From assembly GCA_963768855.1 (NCBI GenBank), contig CAVYJM010000018.1, positions 96,001-160,000 on the forward strand: a DNA stretch of 64,000 nt, given 5' to 3'. This DNA comes from an uncultured Thermoplasmata archaeon. Its GTDB lineage: Archaea; Thermoplasmatota; Thermoplasmata; RBG-16-68-12. The translations under genes were made by a program, and so were the position numbers. Positions 20,039 to 28,477 of this stretch are shown one piece after another. Under the pieces are notes generated by a model. It made no database searches. It had not been told where the DNA came from and saw nothing but the letters and a program-made list of their open reading frames with translations. Each line of letters starts with the position of its first letter. Position 1 is the first letter of the stretch.

Positions 20039-20506
20039 ATGCAACCACCGTCGGAACCGCCGAAGAGCCACATCTGGCAGCGGCACCCGGGGCCCGTGGC
20101 GGGTCTGGTCATCGTGGGCCTGTTCGTCGTCGGCCTGACGGTCCTCATCGCTTGGCACGGTTACGGACTGACCGAGCCGCAGGCCAACGACTTTCTCAGC
20201 GCCACGCTGACCGTCACCGTAGGGCTCCTGGCTGGCGTCTTCTTCGTCGCGCAGCTGGCCATCTCGTCGCTCGCACGGCATCCGGCCGACCCGCGGCTGG
20301 GAGACCGGGAGGGCTGGGTCCTCGTATTCCTCCTCGACATCGGCGCATTGTCCCTCGCGCTGCTATTCGCGGCCGCGGGCCTCGTGGGCGCTTGGTCCGC
20401 GACCTCAGCCGTCGCGGCCGTGGCGTTCAGCTGGTTGGCCGGAATGTTCCTCATCGCCTTCGGCATCTTCTTCTTCTTCGGGCGTGCCCCGCCGGGCGCG
20501 AGCTAA
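20039..20506 (+). CDS. 4-TM membrane protein
   Basis: Four hydrophobic stretches; TATA-like GACTATAT at about 20005; convergent with the terminase (4-bp overlap). Confidence 0.7.
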   Translation: MQPPSEPPKSHIWQRHPGPVAGLVIVGLFVVGLTVLIAWHGYGLTEPQANDFLSATLTVTVGLLAGVFFVAQLAISSLARHPADPRLGDREGWVLVFLLDIGALSLALLFAAAGLVGAWSATSAVAAVAFSWLAGMFLIAFGIFFFFGRAPPGAS

Positions 20507-22266
20507 ACTCCCGGATTCTGAAGCCCGGCGGGACACCGGGCGTGCCGTCTCGCGTTCGCACCAACGTACTCCTGGCCGGAAACGATGGGCTGATGACACG
20601 TCTCGCACACGCCGAGGACGAGCGGCCGCTCAGGAGGCCGATGCCGCTCCAGGAGGGGCCGGGGCGATGCGGGGCCGAGCGTCGACCAGGTGCTCGGGAA
20701 GACGACGGGGCCCGGCTTCCCGCGCTCCCGCGTCAGGGTGCGGGACGCCAGGGCGAGGGAATCCGGGAAGTCGTCGTGCCCTCCCGCGGCCGCGTGCAAC
20801 ATGAGGTTGCCGCTCGCCGAGATGCGGTACTCGAAGGACGCGAGCTCGCGGAGGAGGTTCGCTTGCTGGGGCAGCGTGAGCTTGTCCGCCTCGAGGGCGG
20901 CCTTCAGGCGCGAGTAGAGCTCGACCTTGGACGGTAGGCTGAAGGTCACGGGCTCGACTGGGAGGCCCTTCGCCCGGAGGAGGTCGTTGACCGCGTGCGC
21001 GGAGGCGTCCGAGTAGATGCGGCGGAAGCGCCAGAGCCCATGCAGCCACGCGACGTAGGCGACCTGGTCGACGTACGACGTCCCCTCGAAGGTCTTGAGC
21101 CAGAGGACGCGGCCGTGGCCCGACGCGTCGACGCCGACGACCGTGAGCACGGTGCGGTCGCCGCCCTCGACCCTCGCCCAGTCCGCGCCGAGGTACCTCG
21201 TCATCGCGGCGTGCTCCTCGAGCGGCGTCTCGACCAGGGGGTAGGCCTGCACGGCGCGGGCGACGAGCTCGGAGGGGAAGTACGCGTTCTGCGAGGACAG
21301 GAACGCGGCGTGGTACTCGGACTCGAAGGACAGGGAGTCCATGGACGCCCGCTCCTTCTCCAGGAACGCGGGGGCGATGAGGGGACAGCGTTCCGCGGGG
21401 ACGTGCGACCGTGCGTACAGCTCCGAGTTCCACGCCCTCCAGAGGAAGCCGCTCTGCCCGAACGGCGTCGAGATGAGGACGACCTTGCCGCCCTCCGACG
21501 CCGCCAGGAACGGGCCCGCGGCCTGGTACACGGACTCGTCGACCCACGCGGCCTCGTTGAAGACGAGGAGGGAGACGCGGCTGAAGCCGCGGATGGTCAC
21601 GCCGCCGGACATGCCGCCCGGCAGGGAGTACACGCGGCTCGCGTTCGTCAGGGAGAGTTCGGAGGAGGAGAGGTCGACAACGGACTCGCGGAGCTCGCGC
21701 CGGGAGAGGGCGAAACCCTGGAGGCGTTCCATCCACAGGTCGCTCTGCCGCTGGGAGGGTGAGACGCACACGACGACCGCGCCGGGACGGACGACGGCGA
21801 GCCAGAGCGCGTACAGCGCGGTCAGGTGGTCCTTGCCGCTCTGCCGCGACCACACGAGGGCCGTGCGGTCGTGTCCGCGGATGAGCTCCAGGGCGTCGGC
21901 CTGGTAGTCGAAGAGGGAGACGCCGAGCCAGGTCAGGAACGCGGCCGGGTCCTCGACGAACCGGCGGACGAGGTTGTCGTCAAGACGCTCTATCGCGGGC
22001 TCCGGCTCTGGGGCGAGGCCGAGGAGGGACGCGACGCGGGCCGCCAGGCCGCCCTCCTCCCGCCGGGGGCGAGGCGGGCCGCCCGAGCCGGCGAGGGTCG
22101 AGGGCCTGCGGACGCCGAGGCGCGACAGCCGCTGCCGGATGTTGTCCCGCGACGTGTCGAAGCGGTCCGCCAGGTACGCGGTCGACTTGCCCTCGAGGTA
22201 CAGGTCCCTCAGGAGGGCGTCCTCCTGGGCCGTCCACTCCCTCGGACGGCCCGGCTTCCCGGTCAC
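20503..22266 (-). CDS. terL: Large terminase subunit with N-terminal HTH and C-terminal Cys/His motif
   Basis: LFDYQ (adenine-binding), SRQSGKD (Walker A), LLVFNEAAW (Walker B variant), ISTP; nuclease LGADWA, YSDAS, HDDFPDSLALA; GAGGTG SD before GTG 22266. Confidence 0.88.
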   Translation of the reverse strand: MTGKPGRPREWTAQEDALLRDLYLEGKSTAYLADRFDTSRDNIRQRLSRLGVRRPSTLAGSGGPPRPRREEGGLAARVASLLGLAPEPEPAIERLDDNLVRRFVEDPAAFLTWLGVSLFDYQADALELIRGHDRTALVWSRQSGKDHLTALYALWLAVVRPGAVVVCVSPSQRQSDLWMERLQGFALSRRELRESVVDLSSSELSLTNASRVYSLPGGMSGGVTIRGFSRVSLLVFNEAAWVDESVYQAAGPFLAASEGGKVVLISTPFGQSGFLWRAWNSELYARSHVPAERCPLIAPAFLEKERASMDSLSFESEYHAAFLSSQNAYFPSELVARAVQAYPLVETPLEEHAAMTRYLGADWARVEGGDRTVLTVVGVDASGHGRVLWLKTFEGTSYVDQVAYVAWLHGLWRFRRIYSDASAHAVNDLLRAKGLPVEPVTFSLPSKVELYSRLKAALEADKLTLPQQANLLRELASFEYRISASGNLMLHAAAGGHDDFPDSLALASRTLTRERGKPGPVVFPSTWSTLGPASPRPLLERHRPPERPLVLGVCETCHQPIVSGQEYVGANARRHARCPAGLQNPGV

Positions 22267-22409
22267 GACGGCACCTCGCTCCTCCCTGGAGAGGCCCGTG
22301 AATCCTCGAGGCGCGACCTCGACGGTTGAGGGCAAACTGTCATTATGTCACCAGGGGCCGCGTCACGGGCCCGGGGTTGCCCCGGCGACCTTTTTGTACG
22401 TGGGGAGCC

Positions 22410-23012
22410 GTGTCCGAGCCCGTGAAAGTCGCCACTGTCCTGGCAATCCTCGACCTCGCCATGATGGTCGTCCTCGGGGCCATCCTCATCCTCGGGTGGC
22501 TGTTTGCGCTGGCCTTGCGCGATGCGGCCTGGGCCGTCGCGGCAGCGACGATTGCCTTGGCCATGGCCACGATGTTCCAGCTGCGTCACTCGGCGGCCCT
22601 GTCGAATCAAACCAAGGCGCTCACTGAGGCCACCCGCGACCTCAACCGAATCGAAGAAAAGCGGGACCTCCAGGCCCGTCTCGGGAGGGCGATTGCCGCC
22701 GCGGACGCCTTTCTGCTCCTCAGCCCGGACGCGGTCAAGGTCAAATTCACACAGGGGATGGTCGACGCTCAATTCAGGGGCGGTCTCTACGCGCTCGCTA
22801 ACTACACGGACCTGTTCTCCGACGACGCCCGCAAGTCGCTGATGACCTGGCGTGACTACGTCGAAGGGCTCCATCCGTTCGAGGCGGGAAAGTACCTGTT
22901 CTCCTCGCCCTCCGGTGCGGACGGGGCGAAGCAGCCGGGCGAGGTTCGAGACCTTCAGACGCTCGTCGAACGCGAGGCACGCGCCTGGCGCGAGAGGCTC
23001 GTCAAGCTCTGA
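22410..23012 (+). CDS. 2-TM protein with coiled-coil and soluble C-terminal domain
   Basis: Two N-terminal hydrophobic helices, then QTKALTEATRDLNRIEEKRDLQARL; TTTTTGTA and GGGGAG before GTG 22410. Confidence 0.7.
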   Translation: MSEPVKVATVLAILDLAMMVVLGAILILGWLFALALRDAAWAVAAATIALAMATMFQLRHSAALSNQTKALTEATRDLNRIEEKRDLQARLGRAIAAADAFLLLSPDAVKVKFTQGMVDAQFRGGLYALANYTDLFSDDARKSLMTWRDYVEGLHPFEAGKYLFSSPSGADGAKQPGEVRDLQTLVEREARAWRERLVKL

Positions 23013-23023
23013 CGGGGGGTCGG

Positions 23024-23127
23024 GGTTCCCCGGCGAGTCGTTCGTCATGGCGATACCTCGGGAACCTTTCGGGGAACCGCACCCGCCTTCCCTCCCGTGC
23101 GAGCCGGGGAACCGTCCGGGGAACCGT
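23024..23127. repeat. Cluster of (CC)GGGGAACC repeats, four direct and one inverted
   Basis: CCGGGGAACCGT twice in tandem (23104-23127), CGGGGAACCG (23070-23079), CGGGAACC (23059-23066), inverted GGTTCCCCGG (23024-23033). Confidence 0.7.
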
Positions 23128-23956
23128 GCTCCTTCATGTGCCGCTTGACCTCCCGGCGGAGCATGAGCATGGCCTCGGAGTTCTCCCGGACCTGGAGGGC
23201 GAGCGCCTCGAGCTTGGCGTCGCGTCCGACGGGCTGCCGCCGCTCGAAGAAGGCCTCGAGCTCGTCCCACGAGAGCTTGACCGCGGGCGGACGCACCTCG
23301 ACGCGGGCGAGGGTGCCGCGTCCGTCCTCGTGGTTGTACGCCTTGAGGAGGAGACCCTCCGCGTCGAGGTAGGTCCGCGCCTCGACTCCCTCGAACCTCG
23401 CCGACGCCCCGTCCCGGAAGGCCTCGAAGGTCAGGGTGGCCTCCGCGTCCCGGTCGAAGGGGAGGCCGAGGAGGGCGAGGACGAGGTGTACCTCGGACAG
23501 GGTGAAGCCCCGCGGGGAGAGGAGCCGCAGCTCGAGGGTCGAACCGCCCACGACGACCTCCGCGGCCCCTTCGAGATGCGGCAGTGGGACCGCGGCGGTC
23601 AGCTTGTGGTCTCCGCGGTCCTTCCAGGGGCCGAGGGCCGCGAGCCGACCCGACGAGGGGAGGGAACCGGGGGAGACCGTGTCTGGGTCGGTTCCCCCGA
23701 CGATGCGCACGTTCTGCAGGAGGACGGGGCCGAGGAGCGAATCGAGGCTCGGCCGGTGAGCCTTGCGCCAATCATGAAGGAGCCGCTTCGCGTACCCCGT
23801 CGTCACATGGAGACGGGCTGCGACCTCGCCAGGTTTGCGGGCGAGCTCCGGGTGCTCGTCGAGGTAGGCGAAGACGCGAGCTCTTGCCGTGGGGGACGCG
23901 GTCGACGTTCGTTCGTCCCCCTGGTAAAGGTTCATGGAACCCTCCGCGTCGACCAT
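23045..23956 (-). CDS. HTH protein with possible replication-initiator (Rep_trans-like) core and coiled-coil tail
   Basis: N-terminal HTH (RVFAYLDEHP...GEVAARLHVTTGYAKRLLHDW); TFEAFRD...LLKAYNH...ARVEVR motif order; Rep call is inference. Confidence 0.55.
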   Translation of the reverse strand: MVDAEGSMNLYQGDERTSTASPTARARVFAYLDEHPELARKPGEVAARLHVTTGYAKRLLHDWRKAHRPSLDSLLGPVLLQNVRIVGGTDPDTVSPGSLPSSGRLAALGPWKDRGDHKLTAAVPLPHLEGAAEVVVGGSTLELRLLSPRGFTLSEVHLVLALLGLPFDRDAEATLTFEAFRDGASARFEGVEARTYLDAEGLLLKAYNHEDGRGTLARVEVRPPAVKLSWDELEAFFERRQPVGRDAKLEALALQVRENSEAMLMLRREVKRHMKEHGSPDGSPARTGGKAGAVPRKVPEVSP

Positions 23957-24020
23957 GTCAGAGAGTCCTCCGGCTGTCCGTCGAAAAATGAGAAAAAGGG
24001 TTCAGGGAACGACTATTTCG

Positions 24021-24031
24021 AATTAGGCTTT
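24021..24031. repeat. Right att core AATTAGGCTTT
   Basis: Exact copy of 16621-16631. Confidence 0.85.
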
Positions 24032-24115
24032 TGTCTCCACGGTCCGGAATGTCGCTATCCTCTGGCTCCGGAGCGGCGCCCGCTGACTCGAGAACCTGAA
24101 GGCGCGCCCCCTTCG

Positions 24116-24700
24116 CTACGATTCGCGTCGCTCGAGGAGAGGCCACAGGGCCAGAAGCAGGATGACGCACACGAGGGCGGCCGCCAGAACGAGGGCCGTG
24201 GGGATTGTGGTCACAGGGAGCGTGCCCGCGAGGGCAAGGTCCGCCGCGAGGGTCGATCCCAGGAACGCGATCCCGGAGACCGCCACGATCCGGACGAGGG
24301 AGCGCTGCAGGGCGGACCCGAGCCGCTCCCGATCCTCTGCCTCCAGGGAGCCCACGTAGAGCGGGACGAAGCGGTCTGCGACGAGCCGCAGCTCCACCGC
24401 GAAGAGCGCCAGCGTCAGGAACCCGATCGAGGACGCCGCGTCCAGAGGCAGGAGGACAATGTGCACCGTGAGATAGGCCGCCACCAGGAGACCGAGGCCG
24501 AAGCGGCGAAGCGGGCCGTACTCGATCCGGATCCCCAGGAGGGTCGCCGCGAGCGCGACCAGGAGGGCGACCACGAAGTCCTGGCGAAGCGCCGTCGACG
24601 GGATGTCCAGGAAGTCGACCAGCGCCCACGCGAACAGCGCGAGCGCGACGAGCACGGGCAGGACCGAGAGGATGATCGCGGTCAGGCGGGACGAGGCCAC
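24116..24700 (-). CDS. Multi-pass membrane protein, last gene of MoxR operon
   Basis: About six hydrophobic segments; GGAGG before GTG 24700; overlaps the DUF58 stop. Confidence 0.75.
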   Translation of the reverse strand: MASSRLTAIILSVLPVLVALALFAWALVDFLDIPSTALRQDFVVALLVALAATLLGIRIEYGPLRRFGLGLLVAAYLTVHIVLLPLDAASSIGFLTLALFAVELRLVADRFVPLYVGSLEAEDRERLGSALQRSLVRIVAVSGIAFLGSTLAADLALAGTLPVTTIPTALVLAAALVCVILLLALWPLLERRES

Positions 24701-25950
24701 GATCGCATCCTCCGGAGCGGCAAGGCAAGCGGCGTCTGCGGGTCCCAGTCCACGACCTGTGCCACCTGCCGCATCTGGGAGATCAGGTTGTCCCGCTCCA
24801 TCCGCAGGATCCGGTACGCCGTCTCGCGCTGCGTCGACCCGGCGAAGACGTGCCGCTCGATCTCTAACGGCGACGGAGAGAGGACGGACACGTCGTAGCC
24901 GCGCGCGGCGAGGACCATCACCGCCTCGAGCGCGGACCGGTCCGTGAGCGGAGTGATGAGCACAACGAGCGCGTCCCGCGGAAAGTACCGCGTCAGGACC
25001 CAAGTGACGAAGGAGAACGGCCACTCGCCGCCTGCGCGCACGTGGATCAGGTGGTCCAGGATGCGGTAGAGCTGCTTCTTCCCGAATGCGGGCGGGACCC
25101 AGTCGAGCACGTCCCGCTGGACGATGAGCCCGACGCGGTTCTTCGAGGCGAGGACGTGCTCCGCGACCCCGAGCGCGGCCCGCACGCCGACCTCGACCGC
25201 GTTCGCCGTGGTCGTGCCGACCGCGCTCTCCGCCCGCGCGTCCAGGAGGATCACGACGTCTCCAGACCGGTCGCCCTGGTACTCGTTCGAGTAGAGGTCG
25301 CCCAGCCGGGCGGAGACCTTCCAGTTGATCCGACGGACATCATCCCCGGAGACATACTCCCGGACGCCCCAGAACTCGGATCCCGCGCCGATGTGCCGCG
25401 ACGGCACGTGTCCGAACCAGGGACGCGTGCGGCGGGGCCCGAGCTGCGCCCGTCCGAGGGACTCCATCGCCGGGGCCACGGTGAGGGTCGTGGTCGCGGG
25501 GACGATGAGGTCCTCGACCCCGAGGCCCAGCGCATCGAGGGCCCGGAGCCGCAACGGCCCGATCGGATATTCGCCTTTCAGGGTGGGCCGCACGACGTAC
25601 GTGATGTCCACGGTCTCCCCCGCGGCGAGCGGGAGGATCGTGTGGTTCGACCCGCGGACGACCGCGAGCTCCGGCGGCAACGTGTCGAGGCATTCGAGGA
25701 GAGCGATCGCCGCGCCCTCGTTCTTCAGCTGGACGGCCACCTTCGCCTCCATGCCGACGGAGAGGCGGTCCCGCGACACGGTGCGCGCGACCGCCACGCC
25801 GGGCCTCGGCGGCGGGTCCAGGGACCCGAGGGCGAGGAAGACGAGGGGCGGGAGGGACAGAAGCACGAGGGGCCAGCTGCGCAGCGCGAGTCCGGCAAGG
25901 AGGGCCGCCAGGGCGATCGCGACCAGGCCGCTGGCCAGCGGGGTCCGCAT
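24682..25950 (-). CDS. DUF58 (vWA-related) protein
   Basis: GSEFWGVREYVSGDDVRRINWKVSAR, VVILLDAR, RVGLIV; follows MoxR. Confidence 0.9.
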   Translation of the reverse strand: MRTPLASGLVAIALAALLAGLALRSWPLVLLSLPPLVFLALGSLDPPPRPGVAVARTVSRDRLSVGMEAKVAVQLKNEGAAIALLECLDTLPPELAVVRGSNHTILPLAAGETVDITYVVRPTLKGEYPIGPLRLRALDALGLGVEDLIVPATTTLTVAPAMESLGRAQLGPRRTRPWFGHVPSRHIGAGSEFWGVREYVSGDDVRRINWKVSARLGDLYSNEYQGDRSGDVVILLDARAESAVGTTTANAVEVGVRAALGVAEHVLASKNRVGLIVQRDVLDWVPPAFGKKQLYRILDHLIHVRAGGEWPFSFVTWVLTRYFPRDALVVLITPLTDRSALEAVMVLAARGYDVSVLSPSPLEIERHVFAGSTQRETAYRILRMERDNLISQMRQVAQVVDWDPQTPLALPLRRMRSWPRPA

Positions 25951-25951
25951 G

Positions 25952-26908
25952 TCACGGCACCTTGGGCACGGGCACCTGGTTCAGTACGTCCTGGAGGACC
26001 GCGGTGGTCCGCACCCCGCGAATCCACGGGTCGGGCTTCAGGATGATCCGGTGGGCGAGGGCATACGGCGCGACGGCCTTGACGTCGTCCGGCGTGATGA
26101 AGTCGCGCCGCGCGAGGGCCGCGCGGGCCCGGGACAGCTTGAGGAGGGCCAGGGAGCCGCGGGGGCTCGCGCCGATCTCCACCTGGGTGTGCATCCGCGT
26201 GCCCGCGACGATGCTGACGATGTACCCGTCGACCGCGGGGTCCACGTGGACCGTCTCGACGGCCGCCTGGAGGGCACGCACCTCGTCCCCGGTGGTGACT
26301 GGCCGGATGGGCATGTCGTCGGACTGGCGGGCCTCGCGACGGCGGAGCATCTCGACCTCCTGCTCCGCGGTCGGGTAGCCGACGTCGATCCGCAGGAGGA
26401 ACCGGTCGACCTGGGCCTCGGGCAGCGGGTAGGTGCCCTCGTGCTCGATCGGGTTCTGGGTCGCGAGGACGAAGAACGGCGGGTCGAGCGGGAACGTCTG
26501 TCCCTCCAGGGTGGCCTGCCGCTCCTGCATCGCCTCGAGGAGCGCGGACTGGGTCTTCGGCGGCGCGCGGTTGATCTCGTCCGCGAGCAGGACGTTCGTG
26601 AAGATGGGGCCGCGCCGCATGACGAACTCCCCGCTCTTGCGGTCGAAGACGTACGTGCCCGTGATGTCAGCCGGCAGCAGGTCCGGCGTGAACTGCACGC
26701 GGCGGAACTGGAGGCCGAGCGCGGCCGCGAAGGACTTCGCGATCAGGGTCTTGGCGACCCCGGGGACGTCCTCGATCAGGACGTGCCCGTCCGACAGGAC
26801 GCCCCACAGCACGCGTTCGAGGACGGCCCGTTTCCCGACGATGACGGTCTCGAGCTCGTCCATCACGGCCTTCCCGCGCTCCGCCACGTTCCCGAGATTC
26901 ACCGCCAA
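25952..26908 (-). CDS. moxR: MoxR-family AAA+ ATPase
   Basis: DVPGVAKT, RVQFTPDLLPADITG, LADEINRAPPKTQSALLEAMQE, TQNPIEHEGTYPLPEAQVDRF. Confidence 0.96.
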   Translation of the reverse strand: MAVNLGNVAERGKAVMDELETVIVGKRAVLERVLWGVLSDGHVLIEDVPGVAKTLIAKSFAAALGLQFRRVQFTPDLLPADITGTYVFDRKSGEFVMRRGPIFTNVLLADEINRAPPKTQSALLEAMQERQATLEGQTFPLDPPFFVLATQNPIEHEGTYPLPEAQVDRFLLRIDVGYPTAEQEVEMLRRREARQSDDMPIRPVTTGDEVRALQAAVETVHVDPAVDGYIVSIVAGTRMHTQVEIGASPRGSLALLKLSRARAALARRDFITPDDVKAVAPYALAHRIILKPDPWIRGVRTTAVLQDVLNQVPVPKVP

Positions 26909-27510
26909 GCCTCCATGTGGTCCAAGACTTCATCGAGCGCCGTCTCGAACCCGCCGCGCATCCGGCACTCCTGCACCCACCGGTAGCGCTCGTCCGAGTC
27001 GGTCGTCGCCAGGAAGAGGAAGTTCTCCAGGAGCGGGTCGTGGATCGTCCGCCGCAGCGCGGCCCGATCCGCCTGGAGCCGCCGCATCGCCTCGGGCGAG
27101 ATGCCCCGGGAGAGGCGAGCGTGTTCCGCGAACGCCTCCCGGGCGCGCGAGGAGACGGAGACCTCGCTGTACGTCAACCCGGCGTTCGCCCGGCGGACCG
27201 CAGACGCGAGGACCGTGAGTTCGCCCGTCCGGGCACGGGGCCGTGGCACCGGCTTGACGAGAGGCTTCGGCTCCGAGGTCCGCTTGGCCACGCTGGACCA
27301 TACGAAGGCCGCAAGGGCCGCGATCACCGCGAACCCGAGGATCCATCGCACGCTGCCGCTGAACTGCGCGGCGTACAGCATGTACCCGAGCAGGAAGACG
27401 AGGCCCACGATGATCGCTGCCTCGACGAAGAGGCGCCTCAGGAGGCGCTGGTCCTGGACTCCGCGCATCTGGGCTTCCATGCGGCTGTAGAGGTCGTTGC
27501 GGCCGAGCAC
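26899..27510 (-). CDS. Membrane-anchored hypothetical protein of the MoxR operon
   Basis: Two N-terminal TM helices; overlaps the moxR start. Confidence 0.75.
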   Translation of the reverse strand: MLGRNDLYSRMEAQMRGVQDQRLLRRLFVEAAIIVGLVFLLGYMLYAAQFSGSVRWILGFAVIAALAAFVWSSVAKRTSEPKPLVKPVPRPRARTGELTVLASAVRRANAGLTYSEVSVSSRAREAFAEHARLSRGISPEAMRRLQADRAALRRTIHDPLLENFLFLATTDSDERYRWVQECRMRGGFETALDEVLDHMEAWR

Positions 27511-27511
27511 G

Positions 27512-28432
27512 TCACACCTCCAGGTCCGCCCGGATCCGCCCGAGGCTCTGGACAGCGCGGTCGCGGTCCGCCTCCCCGAGCGCGTGCTCGCTGTACCGCG
27601 CCTCCTCGAACAGGGAGGTGAGGGACTCCGCGGAGTCCGGCGACACGGAGAGCCGCGACACCGCGAGGTCCTCCAGCTCGTGGGGGGTGAGCGGCTCCTG
27701 TTGGGAGACGCCCCGCGCGAAGAGGAAGTAGCAGAAGCGCTCGTAGCACGCCAGGATCACCGTGCGCACGTCGCCCCCGATCTGAAGCTCGGAAATCGCG
27801 GCCTGGACCGCCTGCGCCGCGCCCAGGCGCCGCTGGTTGAGCCCCCCCATGTCCTTCGGTCGTCCGAGATTCAGGCCGACGCGCAGGAAGAGGGCCATCG
27901 CGACGATCGAGACGAAGAGGGCTCCCGCCAGGAAAACGCCGAGCGGGATGCCGCCCGGCGCCTGGACCATCGTGATGTTCGACGTCCCGTTCTGGGTCGC
28001 GTTCCCCCCGGACGAGGGAGGAGTCACCTTCGTCACGATCTGAGGCCAGAGGAGAAGGACCGCCAGGAGCATCCCAAACGCCAGGAGCGTGGCGAGGACG
28101 TCCGCCCAGGTCGTCGGCCGCACGATCCGCTTGACCCGAGTCCCCCGCTGCCGCAACAAGACTGAGAGGATGAACGCCAACACCAACCCGCCCAGGATCA
28201 CGACGAACAGGACGGCGGCGGTGTGCGGGTCGAGGAGGCCCCAGGGGTTCGAGGAGGTCGTCCCCGAGTTGTCGGGGCCGGGCACCTGCTCGCCCCCCGT
28301 GTCAAGGTTCGCGAGGTTGAACGCCAGGGCGGCCGCGAGGAGAATCGCAAGGAACAGGAGCAGGGGGATGACCCAGGCGGCCCTCCCCCGCGGGATCCGC
28401 GGCACACGGAGGCGAACGCGGGAGGGTGACAT
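27512..28432 (-). CDS. DUF4129-containing membrane protein
   Basis: TM helices, then VILACYERFC...LTPHELE...SLTSLFEEARYS. Confidence 0.8.
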   Translation of the reverse strand: MSPSRVRLRVPRIPRGRAAWVIPLLLFLAILLAAALAFNLANLDTGGEQVPGPDNSGTTSSNPWGLLDPHTAAVLFVVILGGLVLAFILSVLLRQRGTRVKRIVRPTTWADVLATLLAFGMLLAVLLLWPQIVTKVTPPSSGGNATQNGTSNITMVQAPGGIPLGVFLAGALFVSIVAMALFLRVGLNLGRPKDMGGLNQRRLGAAQAVQAAISELQIGGDVRTVILACYERFCYFLFARGVSQQEPLTPHELEDLAVSRLSVSPDSAESLTSLFEEARYSEHALGEADRDRAVQSLGRIRADLEV

Positions 28433-28477
28433 AACGGTTTGCGGTATTGCGCGCGACGCGCGGGTCACGGCCTCCCT

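Larger units (their letters stand above)
16621..24031. mobile_element. 7.4-kb integrated element: integrase, histone-fold, RHH, HTH-TerL, HTH/Rep-like; no capsid or portal seen
   Basis: Flanking 11-bp direct repeats; integrase stop 35 bp from the left repeat; host MoxR operon resumes just past the right repeat. Confidence 0.85.
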
